Shown here piece after piece: positions 1 to 9,358 of a stretch of 64,000 nt of DNA. Within the stretch, counting starts at the first letter, position 1, and the number at the start of each line of letters is the position of its first letter. The stretch is from an uncultured Chloroflexia bacterium (GTDB taxonomy: Bacteria; Chloroflexota; Limnocylindria; Limnocylindrales; CSP1-4). The translations under genes were made by a program, and so were the position numbers. The stretch spans positions 1,271,170 to 1,335,169 of the forward strand of contig CAVVJT010000007.1 in the NCBI GenBank assembly GCA_963748625.1, written 5' to 3'. The notes under the pieces are model-generated. The model made no database searches and was not told the DNA's origin. It worked only from the letters and a program-made list of their open reading frames with translations.

Positions 1-300
1 TCGTGGCGAACCGAAGGACGTACCACAGGGGTCCTGGGCCGTAGACGGAGCGCCCGATCTGTGACAGAACGGACTCGCCGCTCATCGCGGGCATCGCCCC
101 CGTGACCTGAGCGAGAAACGACGTGCCAAGGAAGAGGCTGGCGAGCAGGATCGTCACGATGAACATGGTCGTTCGCGCGTTCCGCCACTCGGGGGGCCTG
201 AACACGGGAACGCCGTTCGCGACAGCCTCGGTTCCCGTCATGGCCGTACACCCGTCCGCGAAGGCGCGCATGAGGAACAACAGGCCGAACGTCTCGACGG
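1..300 (-). pseudogene. APC-family (KimA/YdaO-like) permease fragment, 5'-truncated, runs off the window edge
   Basis: Manual minus-strand translation LFLMRAFADGCTAMTGTEAVANGVPVFRPPEWRNARTTM...SVLSQIGRSVYG resembles TM6-8 of this family; no N-terminal TM segments are seen upstream of ~300. Confidence 0.7.
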
Positions 301-416
301 GGGTGCGCCGACCGCGCCCGGGATCGCCGGGCTGCGGCAGCGCCCGGCACGGTGGAGACGACCGCTGGCGTCGTCACGGTCACGGTCGCCCGGCATGGCG
401 GCTGCCGGCCGGGTCG

Positions 417-694
417 CACAACCCGCTTGCGCGGGCACCTCCCGCGGCGCATCGTGTCCCACTTCGGGTCCACCCTCAACGGGGCAGTCGAGCAGTCCGA
501 GAAGGGAGGCGACGGCAAGGGCGGGAGCCCGGAGCGGGGCTGGTTCACTCCACGTCGGGGCGACGGAGCCCAGGCACGGGAGACAGGCGAGCACACCTCG
601 GCAAGGGCGGGGCGGTTTGGCGCGCCCGACAGGATTCGAACCTGCAGATGCCACCATTATCGTGCGGGTCCCGATCGCGCCGCGGCCGTGGTGA
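417..694. repeat. att-like repeat unit, copy 1 (diverged direct repeat of 2700-2981)
   Basis: Block 417-469 matches 2700-2752 at 44/53 nt; 617-694 matches 2904-2981 with 7 substitutions. Confidence 0.9.
618..645 (-). other. tRNA 3'-end fragment (T-arm, acceptor 3' strand, CCA), tRNA-Arg-like att core
   Basis: Reverse complement GCAGGTTCGAATCCTGTCGGGCGCGCCA; no D-arm or anticodon arm upstream. Confidence 0.85.
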
Positions 695-729
695 CCGGAC
701 CAGACCCAGGCGATGACGACCCTCCCGGA

Positions 730-1995
730 TCAGGCTCCTAGGGCGCCGACCGCCACCTGGAGGACGCCGTCGGGCCGTGTGAACGAGTACCCAGTCCCCG
801 TGATGACGACGAGCGCAACCGGCGGCCGCCCTGCCACCCGGTCGCGCAGGCGCAAGAGGCCTGCTGCCGCGGGATCGACGACGGAGGCGTGGGACCCGAG
901 CTTGACCTCGAAGGCGGCCCAGTCGCCGCCGGGCAGCTCGATCACGGCGTCCGCCTCGAGGCCCGCAGCGTCCCGGTAGTGGTAGATCCGGCCCCTGAGC
1001 GGCCCGGCGAGGACCCGCAGGTCGCGTACGACCAGGGATTCGAACAGCAGGCCCATCAGGTTGAGGTCGGCCAGCAGGGCGTCTGGGCCAGCCCCGAGGG
1101 CCGCCACCGCTAGTGACGGGTCGGCCAGGTGGCGGACGGGCGAGGCTCGCAGGCGGGTCCTGCTCCGCAGGCTGGGGCTCCATGCGGGGAGGTCATCGGT
1201 CAGCAGCAGGCGGTCGAGCGCCCCGAGGTAGGCACGGGCGGTCTCCACCTTCATCGAGCGGTCGGCGCCGGTGTCTGCCGCGAGGCCCTCCGCGCTCACA
1301 GGGCAGGCCGTGTTGCGGGCCAGCGAGGTCAGGAGCGCACGCACGCCCGCGGGATCCCGCCGCACACCATCGACACGCGGCACGTCGAGCCGGCAGACAT
1401 CCTCGAGATAGCCCTCGTTGAGGAGGGAGGCCTGCGCCGGAGTCAGGCCCAGGTTGCCCGGCCATCCGCCGACCACCAGCCGCTCCGCGAGGTCGCCGAC
1501 CCGGAGCCCGGGATCCGGCGCGCTCACCGGCTCGCCTGCGAGCACCCGTGCCAGCGAGACCGACCTCGTCGAGTGGCCACTCTCCACGAGTGCCATCGGG
1601 CGCATCCGGAGGCGGATGAAGCGGCCCGCACCCGAATGCCGCCGCGCGTCGTCCCGGGGCACCGACGAGCCGGTGAGCACGAACTGGCCCGGCGCCCGGC
1701 GATCGTCGACCTCGTGGCGCACCAGGTTCCAGAGGTCCGGCACCTCCTGCCACTCGTCGATGAGGCGCGGCGTCGCGCCGGCGAGCACGAGGGCTGGGTC
1801 GACGGCGAACGCCTGTTGGGCGGCGGGCGTGTCCATGCGGATCTCGCTGGTCGCCGCCTGGCGGGCGGTCTCCGTCTTCCCGCAGGCCCGGGGTCCCTCG
1901 ATGACGACGGCTCCAGCCGCTCCGAGTGTCTCGTGGAGCTGGGCGTCTATCACCCGCTGCCGGTACTCGTGGAGGGGCGGATCAGGGGTCGTCAC
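730..1995 (-). CDS. AAA_14 ATPase with C-terminal DUF4143 / PD-(D/E)XK-like domain
   Basis: Walker A GPRACGKT, Walker B LIDEWQ, LTGSS, GGWP, FESLV, EADAVIE...AFEVK; GTG start at 1995 chosen by family N-terminus. Confidence 0.85.
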   Translation of the reverse strand: MTTPDPPLHEYRQRVIDAQLHETLGAAGAVVIEGPRACGKTETARQAATSEIRMDTPAAQQAFAVDPALVLAGATPRLIDEWQEVPDLWNLVRHEVDDRRAPGQFVLTGSSVPRDDARRHSGAGRFIRLRMRPMALVESGHSTRSVSLARVLAGEPVSAPDPGLRVGDLAERLVVGGWPGNLGLTPAQASLLNEGYLEDVCRLDVPRVDGVRRDPAGVRALLTSLARNTACPVSAEGLAADTGADRSMKVETARAYLGALDRLLLTDDLPAWSPSLRSRTRLRASPVRHLADPSLAVAALGAGPDALLADLNLMGLLFESLVVRDLRVLAGPLRGRIYHYRDAAGLEADAVIELPGGDWAAFEVKLGSHASVVDPAAAGLLRLRDRVAGRPPVALVVITGTGYSFTRPDGVLQVAVGALGA

Positions 1996-2371
1996 GTGCC
2001 CATTGTCGAGGCCAGCCGCCGTTGCGTCAATCCCAAGGGATCGGCTTGCAGATCCAACGGGGGGTTGCCTTGCAGTGTTGACAGGGGGTTGCGGGCCCAC
2101 GTTCGCGCGGGCTTGCGCTGGCCGCGGAGGTGCGACAACCGGTCGGCAAGGCGGGCCAGCCGGAGGCATCGGGCTCGTAATGAACAAATCTGCGCGAATC
2201 CGTTAGCAGCGATCTCCCTAATGAACGGTCTTGACGACGGGACCCCTGCGAGATGGCGGGAGCGGGACCTGCCCGTTCGCCGCCGACGCGGTGCCCTTCG
2301 CGCATCGTGATCGAGGCCTGCATGGCACCGCACCCCAGCGGCTGCCCGTCGGTCCGCACGAGGAGCGACAG

Positions 2372-2542
2372 ATGCAGGAAGACCGCATCGAGGCCGACCC
2401 GCCGACGGGCGACCAGCCTGCCACTCCGGGCGGCAGCGACCGGCTCATCGCCGCCCCTGCGGCCGTGATCCATGACGCGATGGCAGCCGACGATGCCGCC
2501 GGGCGGGACCTGCCGCTGTCGGGCGAGGAGGACGAGGACTGA
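2372..2542 (+). CDS. small acidic hypothetical protein (56 aa)
   Basis: GAGGAG RBS before ATG 2372; composition unlike shadow ORFs. Confidence 0.35.
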   Translation: MQEDRIEADPPTGDQPATPGGSDRLIAAPAAVIHDAMAADDAAGRDLPLSGEEDED

Positions 2543-2699
2543 CGCCACGACGACCACGCCTCGGATCAGGGGAGCGCCCGGCTCGCCTCAGTCGTCTGAA
2601 GACTGCGCAATGCGCCCGCGATCACGCTCGTCCGCGACGACCAGCGGCCAGTCCCAGAGTCCCGCCTCGGCGATACGGGCCTTGTCGCCCACAACGACA

Positions 2700-2981
2700 C
2701 ACAACTCGCTTGCTCGGACATTCCCCGCAGCGCATCGTGTCTCACGTCGGGTGACACCGGCAGGGAAGTCAAGCACAGGGAGTAGGGAGGCAACCGAAGA
2801 GCAGGTGCCCGGGCCAGGGATGGTCGCCACTGCTGGACGCCAACGGGCTACAGAGCCGGGACGGTAAGAGAGCACACGAGACCGAGGGGAGAGGCGGGGT
2901 GGTTTGGCGCGCCCGACAGGAGTCGAACCTGCAGATGCCACTATTTTCGTGAAGGTCCCGATTGCGCCGCGCCCGTGGTGA
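2700..2981. repeat. att-like repeat unit, copy 2
   Basis: Homologous to 417-694; similarity ends at the TGA at 2979-2981. Confidence 0.9.
2905..2932 (-). other. tRNA 3'-end fragment, tRNA-Arg-like att core (second copy)
   Basis: Reverse complement GCAGGTTCGACTCCTGTCGGGCGCGCCA. Confidence 0.85.
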
Positions 2982-3452
2982 TCATCCTCGTGATGGATCC
3001 CACGGAGCGCGGCACTCCTGTGTGCGGGCTTCGCGATGCTCAAGACCGGTCGCAGCCCTGACTGACCAACGGCCCCCCACTCGAGCGACTTCCGAGGCGC
3101 GGCACCTTGCCTTCAATCGCGCGCGCAGCCTTGTGGCGAGCGCGGCCCGTCGCCCTGTGGGTCAGGAGAGTGGATCGCGATTGAGTGGTCGTCATCGCAC
3201 AGACGGTGGCAGGCGCTTCGCCGATGGACAACCGCGATGCGTGCCGAGGTGTGCGAGATACAGCGAGAACCCCGCTGGCCGGCTTGCGGTCCAGTTCGCG
3301 CCTTCCTGCCGCGGGTAATCCCAGTAGGGCGCTAGCCTCGCCTCGGTCCCGACCGCTATCCCCCCAGCGGCCGGGAACGTTGCGTATCGCTCAGAGCTCC
3401 AGGCCGAGAGCCCGTTGCCGGTCGGTGCCAAGGTCTCGGGTCTGAGGTCCGG

Positions 3453-4256
3453 TCACCACCTGCGGTCAGGGTAGCCGCGTCGCTTCTTCTGAGCAGGGAT
3501 GGCAGCCGCGTATGCGCGAATGCCGCTCCATGCAGCGTGATACCTGTCAGCGTCCTCGGCGAGCCGCCCCTCGATCCACTCCTCAAGCGCTTTGACGGGC
3601 AGGAGGACCCGCTTGCCGATGCGCAGGCTCGGGATCGTGCCCGCAGCAGCAAGCGACCCGACGGTGGAGGTGGAGAGCCCGAGCACTCGGGAGGCGTCGG
3701 CGACCGAGATCAGCAGTGGCTCCATACCTACGGCGAAGCGCTCTTCTGCTGGCGCCACCACTTCAGGGCCCTCCCTTGACTTCGCTTGCGGCTCAGCCGG
3801 TGCGGACGGCGGTGGCTGTGCCCAAGGGTCGTCCAACTCGCGATGTTCTGGCCGCGAGACGTGGTAGCTCATCGCGACGGGGTCGATGAGCAGGGCGCAC
3901 CTCAGGCAGATCCGCTTCGGGGACGGAGCGTCCTCAGGCAACTGGCGGACGAGCCTCTCGATAGCGATGCCGACCTGGCGGGCCTCCACGCGGAGTGACG
4001 CGCCTCCCCCAAGGTTCGCGATCCCCACCCATACGTTGTCCGGACGCCGGAAGACACCGCTCTCGCCGTGCGCGAGGCCGAAGTGACGGCCCTCCGGATC
4101 GATTGGCCGGATCCGATCCGGCGAGATCGCCCGGGGTGCGATCACGCACTCCCTGTGCGCCTGGGAGTTGAGGTGCCGATCCCAGTCGCGCCACAGCCTC
4201 CACGTCACGACCACATCGCAAACGGCACAGAAACTCACGCGCTCGACCGCCGCCAT
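3453..4256 (-). CDS. excisionase-type HTH (HTH_17) protein with two N-terminal C2H2 zinc-finger-like motifs
   Basis: C-terminal PLLISVADASRVLGLSTSTVGSLAAAGTIPSLRIGKRVLLP; CAVC-x12-HLNSQAH and CLRC-x11-HVSRPEH; GAGGG RBS before ATG 4256. Confidence 0.75.
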   Translation of the reverse strand: MAAVERVSFCAVCDVVVTWRLWRDWDRHLNSQAHRECVIAPRAISPDRIRPIDPEGRHFGLAHGESGVFRRPDNVWVGIANLGGGASLRVEARQVGIAIERLVRQLPEDAPSPKRICLRCALLIDPVAMSYHVSRPEHRELDDPWAQPPPSAPAEPQAKSREGPEVVAPAEERFAVGMEPLLISVADASRVLGLSTSTVGSLAAAGTIPSLRIGKRVLLPVKALEEWIEGRLAEDADRYHAAWSGIRAYAAAIPAQKKRRGYPDRRW

Positions 4257-4391
4257 ACCCTCGATTGTGGAGCCAGTGGGGGTCGATGTAACGGCGATTC
4301 CGCGGCTGTTCATCGTGGTGACGGTGACGATGCCCTCCTGCCGCCTGCCCGCCGGTCGATCGCGTGGAGGGCAGCATGGCAACCTTGCGTT

Positions 4392-4913
4392 GTGAAGTGG
4401 CGACGTTCGATTACCGGCCCTCGGCTGCCTGAGCAAGTGCGCCAGCACGCCCCCATCCCGGAGGTCGTCGCTGCTCGACTGCTCCGGTATGACGGCGACC
4501 GGCCCCTATACCTGGATCTGCTCCAGTTTGGGAGCGGGCCTGTGGGAGTCATGGAGGAGGACTACCCATACTGGGTCATCCGGGATGCCGAAGGTCGCGT
4601 GGTGGGTGGCGCGAAGGTGATGCGCATGCCGGCTGGTCACCCGGTGTCGCTCGACGTCGCCATCGCGCCGGACCGTCAAGGCCTTGGGTGGGCGACCGCC
4701 CTCTACGATGCGTTGACGGCGCGTGGGATCGACGTCGAGGCAGGCTCATCAGCTTCGCTCGCCCACGGGACGATGACCCTCGACGGCTACCTCTTCATGC
4801 GAGCTCGGCGTCTGCGGACCGACCCGGACGCCGAGGCCCAGATGGTCGCCGAGGCCAACGTTTGCCCGATGTGCGGTCCCTTGGACGAGCCCAGGGCCCA
4901 GGCGGACGAGTAG
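4392..4913 (+). CDS. GNAT-family acetyltransferase-like protein
   Basis: Motif A VAIAPDRQGLGWATALY; start uncertain. Confidence 0.6.
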   Translation: MKWRRSITGPRLPEQVRQHAPIPEVVAARLLRYDGDRPLYLDLLQFGSGPVGVMEEDYPYWVIRDAEGRVVGGAKVMRMPAGHPVSLDVAIAPDRQGLGWATALYDALTARGIDVEAGSSASLAHGTMTLDGYLFMRARRLRTDPDAEAQMVAEANVCPMCGPLDEPRAQADE

Positions 4914-4947
4914 CGGGCTGGGCGAAGGGGCGTTGACCCGCCGGGCG

Positions 4948-6180
4948 TCAGTAGTCCTCCGCGAGTCGATCCAGGTCGGCGACGCTCAGGATCTCCGAGT
5001 GCAGGACGCTTCGCGGATCGTCCGACAGCGGGAGGCCGAAATACAGCACGCCGATGTTCCGCGTCACCATCTTCCGGAGGCGGCTCGCCGCGATGCTGGC
5101 GCCGAAGGGACCTTTCGCGTTCATTCGCGCGGTGGACACCACGGAGAGATGGCCTGCGGCGCGATTGCTGAACGCCCACCGCCACTCGGGGATGCCTCGG
5201 ATGTAGATGTCCCCGGGCAGCACGCCGATGACGACGCTGTTCGGGTCGGCGGCTTCCAGATAGAGGGATGGCAGCAGCCCGATCAGGTCTTCGGCAGCCA
5301 TCTGGCGGCGCACCGGGTCCACCAGGCTCGCCGGGACGGGAGCGGGCGGGAGGATAGCGACATCGAGGTCGTACCGGACCTTGTAGAAGTCGGCCAGGTC
5401 CTGCAGGTCCGCTGCGGCAAGCCCACCGAGCGGGGCGAGGTAGACGGTCCTGCCCGGCGGGTGGATCGGGACGACCGCTGCGCGACCTCCCGGCGGCAGA
5501 CTCGTGATGCCTGTCGCGACACCGCCGATGCCGATCACGATGCACGCTGCTGCCGCGACGACCCCAACCCAGAATCCGCCTCGGACGATCGCTGCGCGCT
5601 TCTTCCGGCGCTCAGCAGCCGGCCCTCGGAGGGTGTCCCAGTTGGCGGCGAGTAGGGCGACTCGTTCCTGCCAGGGCTGCCAGTCATCGGCCACAGCCCC
5701 GGATCGCTGGCGGTCCGCCCACTCGACATCACCTTCCGCGAGCCCATCTGCAAGCGAGGCCCAGGCGCTACTGGGCGCTGGGGCCGTTACCGTATGGCGC
5801 CAGCGAGCCTTGCCGGCAGCGGACTCTTCACTGCCCCAGGCGGCAGCAATGAAGGGCTGACGCGCCAGGATGATGGCCTCATCGAATGTCCACGCCGGCA
5901 GCCTGTCGCCGAGAAGCAGGCGATCCTCCAGCGACTTCGGGAGACCCAGCCCGAACGTCACCGCGCCGGCGATGAGAAACGCGCCGACGATGATGGCCAC
6001 GTCGTCGGCGTCCGTGATGAACGTCGAGTCGAGGCCGGACCTCGCGATCGTCACGGGGACGAGCAGCACTAGGAGCCCTGCGAAGACCGCCCATAGGGCG
6101 TCACGCCTGCGGACCGCAGCGGCCGCGAACGCCCCGGCAAGCGCCAAGACGCCAACGATCCCGCCGAGCGTCATGAGCAC
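4948..6180 (-). CDS. membrane protein with C-terminal archaemetzincin (M54)-like domain, zinc motif degenerate
   Basis: Four hydrophobic segments; VYLAPLG, RRQMAAEDL, VVSTARM, RLRKMVTRNIGVLYFGL, SVADLD resemble the M54 fold. Confidence 0.6.
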   Translation of the reverse strand: MLMTLGGIVGVLALAGAFAAAAVRRRDALWAVFAGLLVLLVPVTIARSGLDSTFITDADDVAIIVGAFLIAGAVTFGLGLPKSLEDRLLLGDRLPAWTFDEAIILARQPFIAAAWGSEESAAGKARWRHTVTAPAPSSAWASLADGLAEGDVEWADRQRSGAVADDWQPWQERVALLAANWDTLRGPAAERRKKRAAIVRGGFWVGVVAAAACIVIGIGGVATGITSLPPGGRAAVVPIHPPGRTVYLAPLGGLAAADLQDLADFYKVRYDLDVAILPPAPVPASLVDPVRRQMAAEDLIGLLPSLYLEAADPNSVVIGVLPGDIYIRGIPEWRWAFSNRAAGHLSVVSTARMNAKGPFGASIAASRLRKMVTRNIGVLYFGLPLSDDPRSVLHSEILSVADLDRLAEDY

Positions 6181-6275
6181 GTCCCGAAGCTGACGACGCC
6201 GAACACGACCGCCGCCGTCGCGTGGTGCATCACGACGTGAGCGAGTTGATCGCTGAACAATCAGCCCTGACGCCG

Positions 6276-7271
6276 CTACTCAGCACGCGCCTGCGCCAAG
6301 GCGGCCGCTTGGGCATCACCCGGACGAAGTGATCCGATCTCCCACAGTCGGAACACGACGCGGGCGAGGGTGGCGAGAGCCCAGGACAGATCAATCGCGA
6401 CGGGAGTCGCGACCTCAGGCGACACCTGCCATCTCCCGCCGATCGAGCGGGTAGCTTCTCCGAGGGTGTCGGTCAGCCGAGCAAAGTCGGCCGGTGGTAG
6501 TCCGAGGGCGATTGGCGTGACCCATGCCGACAGGACCTTCAGGCGACGGCCCGTCACGTCGAACTGCTCGGCGAGTGCGCGATCGTTGGCGACGATCGCC
6601 CGATGGTCCGTCGATCCCGTCCCGGCCCCGCGGTATGGGGGCCGGTATGAGGCTGGTCGAGGGTCCTGCAAGCGGGGAGTCACTCGCCCGAGCATTATCC
6701 CTAGCGCGATCGAGGCGGCTTCCCTCGCCTCGGAGAGCTTTCCATCCGACATGCACCCCTCTGCTTCGATCATCTTGGCGGCGAGGTCCGGCGCGTCGAC
6801 CTGGGACGCGACGGCGCGGAGGAGGCCTGCTCCGCTGGGAAGCACCGACAGGGCCGGCAGCGCTCGGCTCAGGATCTCCAGGAGCCCGGAGACTGCCAGC
6901 TGGGCCTCTTCGACGTCGCGTTGAGTGGCGTCATCGCCGTTGTGGACGACACCGTTCCGCCGCGTGTGTGTAAGGCGGATGACGCGGGCCAGGGTGCTTG
7001 GGATCGGGGTACCGGCCGAGGCGGACATCCTGGTCGCCAGTGCCAGCAAGTCTTCGTGGTGCGCCTTGGCCTTGACCGGTTCGCCGACCTGATCGGCAAG
7101 GATGCCCAGGATGGCCTCTGCTGCGGTATCGGCCGAGACGAGTGCCGCGCCCGCGCTCACTGGAGACAGGCTGGTGGCGAGCTCGCTAGAGGAGGACGCC
7201 AGCGACACGGCGATGAGCCAGCGTCGAACGATGATCGCGTCAAGACGTGTAGCTTGCGGGTCTGTGACCAT
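6276..7271 (-). CDS. HEPN-like domain protein
   Basis: Helical N-terminal domain with DTAAE and an Rx4H motif RNGVVH. Confidence 0.5.
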   Translation of the reverse strand: MVTDPQATRLDAIIVRRWLIAVSLASSSSELATSLSPVSAGAALVSADTAAEAILGILADQVGEPVKAKAHHEDLLALATRMSASAGTPIPSTLARVIRLTHTRRNGVVHNGDDATQRDVEEAQLAVSGLLEILSRALPALSVLPSGAGLLRAVASQVDAPDLAAKMIEAEGCMSDGKLSEAREAASIALGIMLGRVTPRLQDPRPASYRPPYRGAGTGSTDHRAIVANDRALAEQFDVTGRRLKVLSAWVTPIALGLPPADFARLTDTLGEATRSIGGRWQVSPEVATPVAIDLSWALATLARVVFRLWEIGSLRPGDAQAAALAQARAE

Positions 7272-7355
7272 CTCGCTGCAAGTGTAGATGCGACCCCTCG
7301 GTGTGGGCGTGAGCGCTACCCTGCGATAACGCGTGACATCGGGAGGAGCGGACGC

Positions 7356-9358
7356 TTGGGGGACTCAGGACTCAACAACCACGCAGGGCTGATCTGGTCG
7401 ATCGCCGACCTGCTCCGCGGTGACTACAAGCAGTCCGAGTACGGCCGCGTCATCCTGCCGCTCGTCGTGCTGCGCCGGCTCGACTGCGTGCTCGAGCCCA
7501 CCAAGGCCCAGGTCCAGAAGCGCCTGGAGACCGCGATCGGTCGAGAACGTCGGCGTCCTGCTCCGCGCGATCACCGGGCTCGATGTCTACAACACGAGCC
7601 GCCTCACCCTGCGGACGATCCTCGCCGACCCGGCCCAGGTCGCCGGCAACCTGCGCGCCTGGATCGCGGGCTTCGACCCCGACACCCGCGACGTCATCGA
7701 GAAGTTCGACTTCGACGCCCAGATCGGGCGGCTCGACCGGGCCAAGATCCTGTACCTCGTGCTGTCGCAAGGTGACCGAGGTCGACCTCCACCCGGACAC
7801 CGTCAGCAACACCGAGATGGGCTACCTCTACGAGGAGCTCGTCCGCCGCTTCTCCGAGCTCTCCAACGAGACCGCGGGCGAGCACTTCACGCCGCGCGAG
7901 GTCATCCGCCTGATGGTGGACCTCCTGTTCATCGAGGACGACGAGGCCCTGCGCACCCCGGGCATCGTGCGCACCCTGCTCGACCCCGCGTGCGGCACGG
8001 GCGGCATGCTCTCGGTGGCGGCCGACCACCTGCATGCGCTCAACCCGGGCGCCCACCTCGAGGCGTACGGCCAGGAGCTCAACGCCGAGACGTACGCCGT
8101 CGGCCGCTCGGACATGATGCTCAAGGGCCAGGACGGCGCGGAACATCCGCCTCGGCAACAGCTTCAGCGAGGACCAGCTTCAAGGGCGAGCGCTTCGACT
8201 ACTGCCTCGCCAATCCGCCGTTCGGGGTGGAGTGGAAGAAGGTCGAGCGCGAGGTCCGCGACGAGGCCGACAAGCTCGGCTTCAAGGGCCGCTTCGGCGC
8301 CGGCACTCCCGCGCATCAACGACGGCTCGTTCCTGTTCCTCCAGCACATGATCAGCAAGCTGAAGGCACCGGCCGAGGGCGGTGGCCGCCTGGCCATCGT
8401 CTTCAACGGCTCGCCGCTGTTCACCGGCGGCGCGGGCAGCGGCGAGAGCGAGATCCGGCGCTGGATCATCGAGAACGACTGGCTCGAGGGCATCGTCGCC
8501 CTGCCCGACCAGCTCTTCTACAACACCGGCATCAGCACCTACTTCTGGATCGTCACCAACCGCAAGCGCCCCGAGCGCCGGGGCCTTGTCCAGCTGGTGG
8601 ACGCGCGCGAGCTCTTCACCAAGATGCGCAAGTCCCTGGGCGAGAAGCGCAAGGCGATCAGCGACGACCAGATCGGCGAGATCGCGCGCCTCTACGGCGA
8701 CTTCACCGAGGGCGAGCGCGTCAAGATCCTGCCCAACGAGGCCTTCGGCTTCCAGCGGATCACGGTCGAGCGGCCGCTGCGCAAGCGCTACTCCGTGCCG
8801 GCCGACTTCAGGACTGTCGCGACGCAGGCACCCGGGTGGGCGGAGCTCAACTGGCACGACCAGCAGACCCTGCTGATGGCGCTGCACACGATCAACGGTA
8901 TCGAGACCTCCGACCGCGGCGAGGTCGCGACGGCAACCGAGATGATCGAGATGTTCTCCGGTGAGGCTGCCGATGTCATGTGGCAGGTGATCACCCGACC
9001 GGACAATGAGGCGCCGATCATCACCGACCGCAAGGGCACGCCGAAGGCTGATGCGAGCCTCCGTGACAACGAGAACGTGCAGCTGCCGTGCCCGGTCGAG
9101 GCGTTCGACGCCGACCCGACCGAACGGCTGGCATCCCGTTCGTATCGGGATGCCGTCGACGCCTACGTGACGGCAGAGGTCCACCCGTACGTGCCAGATG
9201 CCTGGGTGGATCACGCCAAGACGAAGGTCGGCTACGAGATCGCGCTCACCCGCCAGTTCTACCGCTACATGCCGCCTCGCCCCCTCGAGGAGATCGACGC
9301 CGAGATCCGCGCACTCGAGGAGGAGATCCAGCGACTCCTACGCGAGGTCACGACGTGA
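7356..9358 (+). CDS. hsdM: type I R-M methyltransferase subunit (several frameshifts)
   Basis: [56 protein letters not shown] spread over three frames; GGAGG RBS plus TTG start. Confidence 0.92.

Noticed and set aside
575-700. Complete tRNA genes at 618-645 and 2905-2932
   Set aside because: Only T-arm and acceptor 3' strand are present; no matching 5' acceptor strand, D-arm or anticodon arm.
417-2981. CRISPR array
   Set aside because: Two long diverged units 2.3 kb apart, no regular spacers, no cas genes in the window.
2982-3452. oriT or integrase remnant
   Set aside because: No recognisable nic motif or recombinase similarity by eye.
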